Positions 1-10,375 of a stretch of 64,000 nucleotides of DNA are shown here, piece after piece (the stretch's first letter is position 1; the number at the start of each line of letters is the position of its first letter). The position numbers were made by a program, and so were the translations under genes. The notes under the pieces are model-generated. The model searched no databases and had not been told where the DNA came from. It worked only from the letters and a program-made list of their open reading frames with translations. This stretch comes from Bacteroidia bacterium (GTDB lineage: Bacteria > Bacteroidota > Bacteroidia > M30B66). The stretch is from contig OZ257142.1 in assembly GCA_965279035.1 (NCBI GenBank), forward strand, positions 4,096,001 through 4,160,000, in the 5' to 3' direction.

Positions 1-1
1 G

Positions 2-601
2 AATTGGAGTATTGGCAATGACAATTTAGCTTTTGATGATGAAGGGAATTTATGGGTGTTACAAGATGGCGGGAGAAACTTTATTTGGGTAGTAAAAGCA
101 GGACACACACAAGTAAATCCGCTTGTTTCGATATTTGGCCAAGTGCCTATTGGAGCTGAGCCAACAGGCATCACGTTTACTCCAGACAAACGCTTTTTAT
201 TTATGTCGATTCAGCATCCTGCAGATACGAATACGAATCAATTGGATGCTACAGGAAATTTTATAACGATTAATAAATCGAGCATGATTGTTATTGCGCG
301 AAAAGAGTTTTTAGGAATTCCAGAAACACCACTGATAACAACAACCTTAGATGATCATGGAATTGATGTGTTTCCCAATCCATTTTCGGATGAAATGAAC
401 ATTGATTTTCGAAATGCTCAAGAAAAACTTCGAACTATTGAACTGATAGATTTAAGTGGCAAATTGATTCGAGTTGAACAAATTCCAGTAGGAACAAAGA
501 ACTATCAATTCAAGCTTAAAATGGAAGGGTTAAAAGGGATGTTCTTTTTGAGATTGATTAGTGAAAAAGGCTGTTATACGAAGAAGATTGTCAGTGAATA
601 A
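2..601 (+). CDS. PhoX-family (DUF839) alkaline phosphatase with T9SS C-terminal domain, 5'-truncated by window edge
   Basis: Frame is open from position 2 (NDNLAFDDEGNLWVLQDG). GAEPTGITFTPDKRFLFMSIQHP matches the PhoX C-terminal motif; VFPNPF...KKIV is a T9SS sorting domain. Confidence 0.8.
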   Translation, partial: NWSIGNDNLAFDDEGNLWVLQDGGRNFIWVVKAGHTQVNPLVSIFGQVPIGAEPTGITFTPDKRFLFMSIQHPADTNTNQLDATGNFITINKSSMIVIARKEFLGIPETPLITTTLDDHGIDVFPNPFSDEMNIDFRNAQEKLRTIELIDLSGKLIRVEQIPVGTKNYQFKLKMEGLKGMFFLRLISEKGCYTKKIVSE

Positions 602-606
602 AACGC

Positions 607-710
607 CGCACAAAGGATTGAGGTGAGTTCCCACGAACCGAAAGCCTGACGCAAATAAAAAACTCGGTGAGCATTTCTGATCATCGATTTTTTTATTTGG
701 GATGTGCCCA
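607..710 (+). ncRNA. Structured intergenic repeat copy 1 (Flavo-1-like)
   Basis: GCACAAAGGATTGAG...CGAAAGCCTGAC...GGGATGTGCCCAA, with a core near-identical to 9675-9748. Confidence 0.6.
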
Positions 711-866
711 ATTATTAAAAATTCTTGAACTGAATTTGTTTTAAATCGCAGCTTCATTTTTATTCTATTTTCAAGAAACTTCCGTCAATGCTGGCATTGA
801 GCTGTTTATAAGATGTGTTTTCTGAAAGATCAATTTTCGTATTTTCGAAAATCCAAAATCTCAACC

Positions 867-3800
867 ATGATTAAAAAAACTACTCTGTTCTTTTTTACTC
901 AGATTCTAACATTGCTCTTGTCGAGCAGTTTGATTGGCCAAAATGCCTTTCCTAAAGGAGTTTCTGAAGTTCGTATGTCGACCGCTTCTTCGATTCCGGC
1001 ATTCCAGAAATTTGAAGAAAATGCTGGACCCGCACTTTCAGAATTTTTCAATTACCTCAACGCTACCTACTCGTTTAGCCGAGAAATTTCGTGGAAGGAA
1101 TTGCAAACCGATAAAGACCAAATGGGTTTTACGCATTCACGTTATGTGGAATATTTAAATGGCATTCCTGTTCATGCAAGCATGTTGATTGTACATGCGA
1201 AAGATGGTCGTGTAATTAGTTTTAATGGAGAAACCTTTACAGAGAATTTACCGGGAAAAATTCCTGTTCAGATTGATAGGGAATTGGCGCGTGAGATTGC
1301 AATGAGTTATGTAGGAGCGAAAACCTACAAATGGCAATTACCCGAAGAAGAAGCATTTATTAAAAAAGAGCAAAACGATCCGAATGCTACCTTTTTCCCA
1401 AAGGCAGAATTATTTTATGTGAATTCTGGAAAGAATGAATTTAGCTTGGCTTGTCGCTTTGATATTTATGCGCAAGAGCCGGTTTCGCGCCAGTATGTAT
1501 ATGTTCGCGCGACGGATAACAAAGTGATTTTATCTGAAAATAGAATTCACGAAACAGAGGTTACCGGTTCGGCTGTTACTGCCTATGCTGGAACACAATC
1601 GATCAAAACAGATTATACTGGAACTACTTATCGCTTGAGAGAAACATCGCGCGGTTTAGGTATTGAAACATACAACCTTCAAAAAGGTATAACTTATACA
1701 TCGGCCGTTGATTTTACAGATTCGGATAATGTTTGGAATAACGTGAATGCTAACAAAGATCAATATGCTACCGATGCTCATTTTGGAGCAGAAAAAACCT
1801 ACGATTTTTATTTTAGTAAATTCAATCGAAATAGTATTGATAATGCGGGGTTTAAGTTGATCAACTATGTGCATTACAGTACCAATTATGTGAATGCTTA
1901 TTGGGATGGAACGCGTATGACCTATGGTGATGGAGATGCGACTTATAATCCATTAACATCGATGGATATAGCTGGACATGAAATCACACATGGCTTAACA
2001 GAAAAAACGGCCAATCTCACCTATTCAAATCAAAGTGGAGCGTTAAATGAAAGTTTCAGCGACATTTTCGGAACAGCTATTGAATTTTACGCAACACCAA
2101 GTTTAGCCGATTGGTTGATTGGAGAAGACATCGGTGCTGCATTTCGTAGCATGAGCAATCCGAATGCATTTAGTCAACCTGATACCTATTTAGGAACTTA
2201 TTGGGCAACTGGAACTGCCGATTATGGTGGAGTTCATACAAACAGTGGTGTACAGAATTACTGGTTTTATTTATTGTCGATGGGTGGATCAGGAACGAAT
2301 GATATTGGGAACGCATTCAGCGTAAGCGGAATTGGGATCGACAAAGCCGCAGCCATTGCTTACCGGAGTTTAACAACCTATTTAACTTCAGGTTCTCAAT
2401 ATGCTGATGCAAGAACATATTCGATTCAAGCAGCTACTGATTTATATGGTGCTTGTTCGCCCGAATTGATCGCTACGACCGCAGCTTGGTATGCAGTAGG
2501 TGTTGGAAGCAATACTTTAGCAGTGAATCCTACGATAAGCTATTCGGGTTCAACTAGTTTTTGTCAAGGCGGCTCATTGACCTTGAATACAGGAACACTT
2601 TCAAATTACCAATGGAAATTGAATGGGAACGCCATTGCTGGTGCAACAACGGGAAGCTATACAGCAACAGGAGCTGGTTCGTATTCTGTTAGCACGGTAG
2701 TATGTGGAACAACCTATACTTCAAACCCTGTTGTTATTAGTGTTTCATCGGCAAGTGTGAGTGTTTCGGCACCAACAACGAATTCTTGTCAACCCATTGT
2801 ATTAACAGCCAATGCAAGTTCTGGCTATGCGATTCAATGGACAAAAAATGGAGTTGATATTCCAGGTGCAACACAATCGACCTACACAGCTAGTGTTTCT
2901 GGAAATTATGCCGCACGAATTTCGAGTACTATTGGACCGGCTACTACACTGACTAATAGCACAGCGACAAGTATTCCTGATAATTCCTGTCCGGGAGCTA
3001 CTAGTTCTATCGTTGCAAGTGGATTACCAACCGTGATGAATCCAGCAGGTATTTCTGTGAAGATTAACATTACTCATACTTGGGATGGTGATTTGAAAGT
3101 TTGGTTAGAATCACCTAATGGAGATGTTTTAGGTTTAGCGAATGTTGTTGGTAGTAGTGGTGATAATTTTACCAATACCGTTTTTAGCGATGCTGGATCA
3201 GCACAAATTCCTGCAACGGGATCTCCTTATACTGGTACATATAAACCTTGGGCTACCACGTTTACCAATTGCTCGGCAACAACCAACCGTTTTAGTTTTG
3301 CAACGCTAGGAGCTGGATCAATCAATCCTAATGGAACATGGAAATTGCGTGTTACAGATAATGCCGCTTCCGATGTGGGAACAATCAATAACTGGTCAAT
3401 CACCTTTCCACAAACCATCACGCCAAGTCCTGATTGCGGTCCGGTAACTTCTAGTCCGCTTGCTATTTCAATAGGAACTGGTTTAACTGCAGGTATTACA
3501 CCAAGTGGTTCTTTAAACATTTGTTCAACTGGAAGTGTGACTTTAACGGCAACAGGAGGAACTTCGTTTTTGTGGTCAACTGGAGCAACAACTTCTTCCA
3601 TTACTACTTCTACTGCAGGAAATTATAATGTAACTGTGAGCAATGCTCAAGGATGTAGTGGAAGTGCAAATGCAACTGTATCGGTAACAAATGCCACAAC
3701 TTGGTATGCCGATGTTGATGGTGATACTTATGGAAATTCAGCTTCTAGCACTTTAGCTTGCTCTCAACCAAATGGGTATGTTGCGGTTGCTGGTGATTGT

Positions 3801-6800
3801 AATGATAATGATGCAAGTGTTCATTCAGCTCAAACCTATTATGTAGATGCCGATGGCGATGGATTTGGTTCTTCAACAACGGCTTCTTTGTGTAGCTCTA
3901 CAGCACCAAATGGGTATTCAACTGTTAGTGGCGATTGTAATGATGCTGATTCTGGAATTCATGAAGCAATTACATACTATATTGATTCGGATCATGATGG
4001 ATATGCAGCTTTCATTCCTGTTTTGCTTTGTAGCTCAACAGCTCCGCTTGGTTATTCTTCTATTGTAGGCGATTGTAATGATGGTGATGCCAGTGTTCAT
4101 TTCTCACAAACCTATTATGTAGATGCCGATGGAGATGGATTTGGTTCTTCAACCACAGCTTCTATTTGTAGCTCAACTGCTCCGAATGGGTATTCAACTG
4201 TTAGTGGCGATTGCAATGATGCTGATGCTGGAATTCATGAAGCCATTACCTATTACATCGATGCGGATCATGATGGATTTGCGGCTTTCATTCCAGTATT
4301 ATTATGTAGTTCAACTGCACCTCTTGGTTATTCTTCTGTTGTAGGAGATTGTAATGATGGTGATGCCAGTGTTCATTTCTCACAAACCTATTTTGTAGAT
4401 GCCGATGGCGATGGATTTGGATCATCAACAACGGCTTCCATTTGTAGCTCAACTGCTCCCAATGGATATTCAACAGTTAGTGGCGATTGCAATGATACTA
4501 ATGAAAATGTAAATCCTGGTAAAACAGAAATTTGCGGGAATAATATTGATGACAATTGCAATGGTTCGGTTGACGAAGGCTGTACCCTTTACACGTATTA
4601 TTTAGATTCTGATAATGATGGGTATGGAACTACGACTACCATTCAAGTTTATCAATCGACTCCACCTGTTGGATATGTAAATCACACTGGTGATTGTAAT
4701 GATTCAAATGCTGCAATTAATCCAGAAGCCGCCGAAATTTGTGGTAATAGCATTGATGAAAATTGCAATGGTACTTTGAATGAAGGTTGTGTGAGCTTTA
4801 CGTATTATGCCGATGTTGATAATGATACATACGGAAACGCTGCAAGTAGCATCAATAGCTTCAACTCAAGTGCACCTTCGGGATACACTTCCAACTCAAG
4901 CGATTGTAATGATAATAATGCCTCTGTAAATCCAGCGGCTTCTGAAATTTGCGGAAATGGTATCGATGATAATTGTAATGGTACTATCGACGAAAACGGA
5001 ACTTCTATAGGATCAATTACTGCCATTAACGGTCCAGCCGGTGTGTGTAAAAGCCAAGCAGGTGTTGTCTTTAGTGTGGATGCATTAGCTGGCGCTACAA
5101 CATATACATGGACGGTCCCTGCTGGTTCAACCTTGGTTAGTGGACAAGGAACTTCGAGCATAACTGTAAACTTCTCGGCTACTCAAGCCGCAGGAAACAT
5201 TTGTGTAACTGCTTCGAATGCTTGCTCATCAAGTGCACAGCTTTGTCGCAATTTGTTAGTTTACACTGTTAAACCTGTAACTCCGGGAACAATTTCAGGT
5301 TCAAACATCGAAGCTTGTCCGGGAACAACCCGCACTTTCAGCATTGCTCCTGTGGCGAATACAACGAGCTATACATGGACTGCTCCTGCTAATGCAACAG
5401 TAGTTAGTGGACAAGGAACAACAAGTGCCTCGCTGAGTTTTGGAGCTGCTTTCACAACAGGAAGTGTAAGCATAACGGCATCAAACTGTATTGGAACAAG
5501 TGCCGCAAAAACGCTTGCATTATATAGCAAACCAGGAACTCCTGCTTCCATAGCTGGTGCAATCAATGGAGTTTGTGGTGGAACAACAGGAACCTATTCT
5601 TGTCCAGCAGTTACTGGAGCAACATCGTATGTTTGGACAGTTCCAGCTGGTTGGACAATCAATAGTGGTCAAGGAACAAACAGCATTAGTTTGACAGCGC
5701 CTGCATCTTATGTAAGTGCAGCTGTTTCGGTTGCCGCATCTTCGGCATGTGGAACAAGTACTGTCAGAACAATTACAGTTCGTTCGGTACCAGCTGTTCC
5801 TGGAACAATTACGGGTCCTGCCAATACAGTATGTAGCGGTGGTTCATATACCTACAGTATCGTTGCTGTAGCAGGAGCAACTTCCTATACTTGGACTTTG
5901 CCTTTGGGCTGGTCAATCAATAGTGGTCAAGGAACAACAAGCGTGAATATTACACCTTCGGCTTATACCAGTGGAGTTATTTCGGTTGTTTCGGTGAATG
6001 CATGCGGAAGTTCTACTGCTAAAACCTTAACAGTTACCTCAACTCCTGCAACTCCAGGAACGATTACAGGTCCAATCAATAATATTTGTGGAGCAGGAAC
6101 ATTTACCTATACCATTGCAGCCGTTGCCAATGCAACATCTTACAATTGGACAGTTCCAGCAGGATGTACTTTAGTAACAAATAATGGAACTTCCATGACT
6201 ATGAGTACATCTGCAGCTTTTAATACGGGAAATGTAACAGTTGCTGCAGTTAATGCATGTGGAGCAGGAACAGCAAAAACATTAGCTGTAAGTAAACTTC
6301 CGGCAACGCCAGGCTTGATAACTGGATCTTCTACTGTTTGTTCGAATCAACAAGGCGTTGCATATAGTACAGTTGCCATTGCAGGATTGACGTATACTTG
6401 GACAGTTCCTGCAGGAGCGAGCATTGCCAGTGGACAAGGCACTAGTAGCATTTTAGTAAACTTTGGTGCGACAGTAGGTGCTGTTTCGGTAAAAGCAAGT
6501 AATGCATGTGGAATTTCTGCTGCTCGGTCATTTACAGTGACTAAACTAGCATGCCGCATCAGTGCTGATGGAACGGAAATTTCGGATGTAGCTGCTATCG
6601 AAGTTTATCCAAATCCGGGACAAGGTGCTTATACACTTCGATTAAACGGTATTGAAGGAGAATCGAAAGCAAGTATTTACAGTATGACTGGTCAGTTGGT
6701 TAAACAAATTGTAATACCAGAAAGAAATAATTTGGTGCCGATTTATTTGAATGAAGAGGCAGATGGAATTTACTTAATTCGTTTTGAAAGCGCTGGTTTT

Positions 6801-6830
6801 GTAAGCGAAGTGAAAGTGATTAAGAATTAA
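867..6830 (+). CDS. M4 (thermolysin-like) metallopeptidase with propeptide, proprotein-convertase P domain, MopE-like Cys/Asp repeats, PKD-like repeats and T9SS domain
   Basis: AGHEITHG and ALNESFSD zinc motifs; ITHTWDGDL...NGTWKLRV P domain; DADGDGFG..DCND repeats; YPNP sorting domain. ATG 867 gives a signal peptide (ORF track starts at 813). Confidence 0.9.
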   Translation: MIKKTTLFFFTQILTLLLSSSLIGQNAFPKGVSEVRMSTASSIPAFQKFEENAGPALSEFFNYLNATYSFSREISWKELQTDKDQMGFTHSRYVEYLNGIPVHASMLIVHAKDGRVISFNGETFTENLPGKIPVQIDRELAREIAMSYVGAKTYKWQLPEEEAFIKKEQNDPNATFFPKAELFYVNSGKNEFSLACRFDIYAQEPVSRQYVYVRATDNKVILSENRIHETEVTGSAVTAYAGTQSIKTDYTGTTYRLRETSRGLGIETYNLQKGITYTSAVDFTDSDNVWNNVNANKDQYATDAHFGAEKTYDFYFSKFNRNSIDNAGFKLINYVHYSTNYVNAYWDGTRMTYGDGDATYNPLTSMDIAGHEITHGLTEKTANLTYSNQSGALNESFSDIFGTAIEFYATPSLADWLIGEDIGAAFRSMSNPNAFSQPDTYLGTYWATGTADYGGVHTNSGVQNYWFYLLSMGGSGTNDIGNAFSVSGIGIDKAAAIAYRSLTTYLTSGSQYADARTYSIQAATDLYGACSPELIATTAAWYAVGVGSNTLAVNPTISYSGSTSFCQGGSLTLNTGTLSNYQWKLNGNAIAGATTGSYTATGAGSYSVSTVVCGTTYTSNPVVISVSSASVSVSAPTTNSCQPIVLTANASSGYAIQWTKNGVDIPGATQSTYTASVSGNYAARISSTIGPATTLTNSTATSIPDNSCPGATSSIVASGLPTVMNPAGISVKINITHTWDGDLKVWLESPNGDVLGLANVVGSSGDNFTNTVFSDAGSAQIPATGSPYTGTYKPWATTFTNCSATTNRFSFATLGAGSINPNGTWKLRVTDNAASDVGTINNWSITFPQTITPSPDCGPVTSSPLAISIGTGLTAGITPSGSLNICSTGSVTLTATGGTSFLWSTGATTSSITTSTAGNYNVTVSNAQGCSGSANATVSVTNATTWYADVDGDTYGNSASSTLACSQPNGYVAVAGDCNDNDASVHSAQTYYVDADGDGFGSSTTASLCSSTAPNGYSTVSGDCNDADSGIHEAITYYIDSDHDGYAAFIPVLLCSSTAPLGYSSIVGDCNDGDASVHFSQTYYVDADGDGFGSSTTASICSSTAPNGYSTVSGDCNDADAGIHEAITYYIDADHDGFAAFIPVLLCSSTAPLGYSSVVGDCNDGDASVHFSQTYFVDADGDGFGSSTTASICSSTAPNGYSTVSGDCNDTNENVNPGKTEICGNNIDDNCNGSVDEGCTLYTYYLDSDNDGYGTTTTIQVYQSTPPVGYVNHTGDCNDSNAAINPEAAEICGNSIDENCNGTLNEGCVSFTYYADVDNDTYGNAASSINSFNSSAPSGYTSNSSDCNDNNASVNPAASEICGNGIDDNCNGTIDENGTSIGSITAINGPAGVCKSQAGVVFSVDALAGATTYTWTVPAGSTLVSGQGTSSITVNFSATQAAGNICVTASNACSSSAQLCRNLLVYTVKPVTPGTISGSNIEACPGTTRTFSIAPVANTTSYTWTAPANATVVSGQGTTSASLSFGAAFTTGSVSITASNCIGTSAAKTLALYSKPGTPASIAGAINGVCGGTTGTYSCPAVTGATSYVWTVPAGWTINSGQGTNSISLTAPASYVSAAVSVAASSACGTSTVRTITVRSVPAVPGTITGPANTVCSGGSYTYSIVAVAGATSYTWTLPLGWSINSGQGTTSVNITPSAYTSGVISVVSVNACGSSTAKTLTVTSTPATPGTITGPINNICGAGTFTYTIAAVANATSYNWTVPAGCTLVTNNGTSMTMSTSAAFNTGNVTVAAVNACGAGTAKTLAVSKLPATPGLITGSSTVCSNQQGVAYSTVAIAGLTYTWTVPAGASIASGQGTSSILVNFGATVGAVSVKASNACGISAARSFTVTKLACRISADGTEISDVAAIEVYPNPGQGAYTLRLNGIEGESKASIYSMTGQLVKQIVIPERNNLVPIYLNEEADGIYLIRFESAGFVSEVKVIKN
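3700..4510 (+). repeat. Intragenic tandem repeat, 276-nt period (alternating ~46-aa A/B units)
   Basis: Near-identical DNA at 3831-4106 and 4107-4382, continuing to ~4500. Confidence 0.85.
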
Positions 6831-6847
6831 TAAATCCGATAGATAGA

Positions 6848-6881
6848 AATCCCGGGAGCTTTTGTTTCCGGGATTTTTTTT
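6848..6881 (+). terminator. Intrinsic terminator
   Basis: AATCCCGG...CCGGGATT stem followed by a T run. Confidence 0.8.
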
Positions 6882-6953
6882 GCCTTTTTAGAAAGATAAA
6901 AAGAATGGGTAAAGGTTTTCTATTAAATTGCTTACAAATACATAAACAGTTAT

Positions 6954-7406
6954 ATGAAAAAGATGCTTTTTAGTGCTTGTATGATGGCGCTTATTTCTTT
7001 AGTCTCTTGTAAAAGAGATGGATGTATTAATGTAGATGCAACTAATTTTGATAAAGAAGCCGATTATGATGATGGTAGTTGTACGTTTCAGGCTAAAAAT
7101 TTTGCCGGTACATACAATGTTACTGGAACGAAGGTGGATCAATCGTTTGGCGATACAACGGTTCAAAATTATCAGATTATCATTACTCACACGGGAGAAA
7201 CCAATGTTTCTATTTCGAATTTGGGAAATACCAGTAATGTGATTACGGCTACTATTAAAAACAATCAACTTACTATTCCATCGCAGGATAAAAATGTGGT
7301 TGAAACATGGAGTGGATCTGGGGCAATTTCGGGGTCAACCATTAATTTACAATTTACCGAAAGTTTCCATCATTATTTCTTCAACGAAGTAGCCGTGAAG
7401 CAATAG
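6954..7406 (+). CDS. Hypothetical lipoprotein with GC-x4-A-x-N...DDGSC motif
   Basis: LVSC lipobox after a hydrophobic stretch. Confidence 0.7.
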   Translation: MKKMLFSACMMALISLVSCKRDGCINVDATNFDKEADYDDGSCTFQAKNFAGTYNVTGTKVDQSFGDTTVQNYQIIITHTGETNVSISNLGNTSNVITATIKNNQLTIPSQDKNVVETWSGSGAISGSTINLQFTESFHHYFFNEVAVKQ

Positions 7407-7459
7407 GAAGTTTGCTATTTGAAGTAGAATTTTCAAAAAGTAATTTCTATTTATTATCA

Positions 7460-7927
7460 ATGCATTTTAGAATACTTCTCTTCATAGTTGTTTTTATCCT
7501 TTTAAATCTTGCTTTCTCTTGCAAAATAGAAGGCTGTATGGATGATAATGCTGAGAATGTAAATTATGAAGCTAATGTAGATGATCATAGTTGCACATAT
7601 AGATCTGAACAATTTGTTGGTATATACGATGCAACTGGATTTAATGTCAATACTCTAACTCATGATACAACATATAATTCGTTTGTATTTAGTATTGTGC
7701 ATTTACAAGGCACTTATCTTTTAGTGAATAACATTGGAAACACAGGTGAATCGATGGTTGCTCAAATCAGACATGGCTTTCCTCAGATATGGCTTAGCAC
7801 AGAAAATAAGCCGAACTTAGGACAGTGGACAGGAAAAGGATCGATTCTAAATGACACTAAAATAGCGTTCATTTTTATGGAAGGAAATACTCAAATCCTT
7901 CATAACGAAACTGCTGTTCGGCAATGA
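7460..7927 (+). CDS. Hypothetical lipoprotein, paralog of 6954..7406
   Basis: AFSC lipobox; GCMDDNAENVNYEANVDDHSC. ATG 7460 preferred over TTG 7412. Confidence 0.65.
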   Translation: MHFRILLFIVVFILLNLAFSCKIEGCMDDNAENVNYEANVDDHSCTYRSEQFVGIYDATGFNVNTLTHDTTYNSFVFSIVHLQGTYLLVNNIGNTGESMVAQIRHGFPQIWLSTENKPNLGQWTGKGSILNDTKIAFIFMEGNTQILHNETAVRQ

Positions 7928-8003
7928 ATGGTTGAATCACAATGTTATTAATTGCATTCATTTCATTGCTGAATTAACAGAATGAATGAAGAAAAAAAAA
8001 CTC

Positions 8004-9380
8004 TCAGTTTTTTGATATTTTGATACAATGAACCGTATTATCAATTTCGATTTTAACTAGATAAATTCCATCTGAATATGCTGTTAAATCAACTTCAACA
8101 GAAGATGTGTTTTTAACATTGTTATTCATGTATGCACGCTCCCCCCTTAGACTAAATATTTCTATTGAATTCATTTGATTTTTACTCCATAGCTTATATA
8201 TTCCATTGGAGGGATTTGGAAAAACACCAAAAGGTTCTTGGTCTTCAATTTTGTTCGAAAACCCAACATCATCAACTGTATGGAAATAATATCTTGTGCT
8301 GTCTCCTCCATCCCATTGACTTGCACTTCCCCATTTAAATGAATGTGCTAGTTGAATAAAATTTTGATCGTAACTATTGCAAAGTTGGTTGTAATTACCC
8401 CAATTACTTCCGTCCCAATTATACTTTACATAGTTATTAATTAGATCATTATTTAAATCATAATACAAATTGCCTTCATCGAGATCTACCCAATTATCAG
8501 GACCTCCTGTTTCTCCATGATAATAAATTAAATTGTTGTTCGCGTCATACGTAGAACTCACACGATTGGAAACAGGTGACCAATCAGAACCAGACCAAAA
8601 CTGAGTTTCTTGATAAATTAAATTATGATTGGAATCGAAGGAATTGTTTAACTGATAATAATTTTCCCAAGCAGTGCCATTATATGTTTGAACAACTGTA
8701 GTATTGTTTTCGTTGCTAGCGTTATAACTATATAGCGTTTGAGAAGCATCTACCCAATTACTACCATCCCAATTTTGTTGAAGTGAAATTGTATTATTGT
8801 TATTGGCATCGTATGTATTGATTGTTCTAAAGCCAGTATTTGTCCATGTGCTATTGGTCCAATTTTGATTGGTTTCTGAAATCAGGTTATTATTTAAATC
8901 ATATGTCCAATTTACCTTTGAATTATTTTCAAAAGAGTTTCCAGTCCACATAATGACTGTTTGATTTATTGTATTTCCATTTTCATCATACGTATAGGTA
9001 AGTTTATAACTATTTGCCCAAGTTAATCCATCCGTACTTTGTCGTGTTGAGCTAATTAATCTGTTATTAGAATCATATATAAAATCGATGCTTCTTCCTT
9101 TTAAAATCCAATCAACATGGTTGACATCAATATTCCAATAATGCAAGCTATCCCAAATTGGAACTAAGGTTCTGCTTGAAGAAGTTAAATGATGTTTTGT
9201 ACCATTATTAAACGGTTCACACGTATTGAATTGTTTTTCGTTTAGTTGATTATTATGCGATTTTGAAATGAGCAGTTGATCGTTTATTTTGTTGAAATTG
9301 GCTTGATACAATCCATTCATTTGTTGTGAAAATGAAGCAAAGTAGCTAAATAGAAATAAAGTAAGTAAGTGCTTTTTCAT
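8004..9380 (-). CDS. T9SS-secreted protein with ~29-aa YD(A/L)NNN...W-x-G-x-x-W repeats
   Basis: Signal peptide, about 8 repeats, FPNPSNG sorting domain. Confidence 0.75.
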   Translation of the reverse strand: MKKHLLTLFLFSYFASFSQQMNGLYQANFNKINDQLLISKSHNNQLNEKQFNTCEPFNNGTKHHLTSSSRTLVPIWDSLHYWNIDVNHVDWILKGRSIDFIYDSNNRLISSTRQSTDGLTWANSYKLTYTYDENGNTINQTVIMWTGNSFENNSKVNWTYDLNNNLISETNQNWTNSTWTNTGFRTINTYDANNNNTISLQQNWDGSNWVDASQTLYSYNASNENNTTVVQTYNGTAWENYYQLNNSFDSNHNLIYQETQFWSGSDWSPVSNRVSSTYDANNNLIYYHGETGGPDNWVDLDEGNLYYDLNNDLINNYVKYNWDGSNWGNYNQLCNSYDQNFIQLAHSFKWGSASQWDGGDSTRYYFHTVDDVGFSNKIEDQEPFGVFPNPSNGIYKLWSKNQMNSIEIFSLRGERAYMNNNVKNTSSVEVDLTAYSDGIYLVKIEIDNTVHCIKISKN

Positions 9381-9621
9381 TTTTAGAACTTATTAGATAA
9401 TTCGGCAATTGAAACTACATTCATTTCGAATATAGATACATCGAATGTAAAATAAATTCTTCATGCTTCGATATATTCATAGTAACGATTCAATTTGTGA
9501 TTTTTTTAAATATTCCTAAATAGCTAAAAGCGTATTTTGATATGATAAAAAATTACGAAATTCATTTTATTACAAAACATGTATTGTTATACGAAAACCA
9601 GTTATTGCACTCTCTTTTTAA

Positions 9622-9670
9622 TAATTCGTAATTCGTAATTGAAAATTCCTAATTGATCATTCGTAATTGA
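9622..9670. repeat. Degenerate heptamer tandem repeat (TAATTCG-like)
   Basis: taattcg taattcg taattga aaattcc taattga tcattcg taattga. Confidence 0.7.
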
Positions 9671-9674
9671 ATTT

Positions 9675-9748
9675 CGCACAAAGGATTGAGGGAAGCTCCT
9701 GCGCCCCGAAAGCCTGACCCGATGACGAAGGAAGAGGGATGTGCCCAA
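9675..9748 (+). ncRNA. Structured intergenic repeat copy 2 (Flavo-1-like)
   Basis: CGCACAAAGGATTGAGG...CCGAAAGCCTGAC...GGGATGTGCCCAA. Confidence 0.6.
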
Positions 9749-9867
9749 ATAAAATGAATTTTTATGGAATATGTGATTGATGTAAATAAGGGATAGAATT
9801 GTAAAATATATATTCGAGGAATTAAGCTGTCATTTGCTTCATCATTAATCTAATTAATTAAATACCG

Positions 9868-10290
9868 ATGAAGAAAATTGTTTTAACACTCGTAGTGATA
9901 GTAATGGCTTTTACTCAATCGATAGCTGGAACTCCGCCAAACGACGTACAGAAAGCCTTTGATAAGATGTATCCTAATGCTACGAAAATTAGTTGGGATC
10001 AAGAAAAAGCTTCAGTTTGGGAAGCCGAGTTTGTATCGGACGGTTATAAAATGGAAGCAAAATTCTCCGAAAAAGGCATTTGGATTCAAACAGAATCGGA
10101 TGTGAAAGTTTCAAATCTTCCTAGCGCTGTTAAAGAAACGATTCGCACTAAATACACTGGTTGGATGACAGAAGAAGCCAATAAAACAGAAAGTGCTGTT
10201 GAAGGAAGTTTGTATGAATTGACTTTGAAAATGGGCGTTGATAAGAAAAGTTTGTCGTTTAAAGAAGATGGTACTCAGATCAGCAAATAA
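9868..10290 (+). CDS. PepSY-like (DUF2874-type) exported protein
   Basis: Signal peptide; VQKAFDKMYPNA..ISW..WEAEF..G.W pattern; LPSAVK second repeat. Confidence 0.75.
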   Translation: MKKIVLTLVVIVMAFTQSIAGTPPNDVQKAFDKMYPNATKISWDQEKASVWEAEFVSDGYKMEAKFSEKGIWIQTESDVKVSNLPSAVKETIRTKYTGWMTEEANKTESAVEGSLYELTLKMGVDKKSLSFKEDGTQISK

Positions 10291-10344
10291 AATTCGTTAA
10301 ACTAATTTTCTATTGATTTAGAAAATTCGGAGTAATGTTTTTAG

Positions 10345-10375
10345 AAGGGATTCCAGGTGTGGTTTCCCTTTTTTT
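10345..10375 (+). terminator. Intrinsic terminator
   Basis: AAGGGA...TCCCTT stem plus T run. Confidence 0.6.

Noticed and set aside
607-710. Hammerhead ribozyme interpretation of the structured repeat (GA-stem-GAAA)
   Set aside because: The CUGANGA core is not present in the required position in the copies.
3700-4510. Regular repeats as a possible CRISPR array (also 14870-15390)
   Set aside because: They are in-frame coding repeats with no unique spacers, and there are no cas genes.
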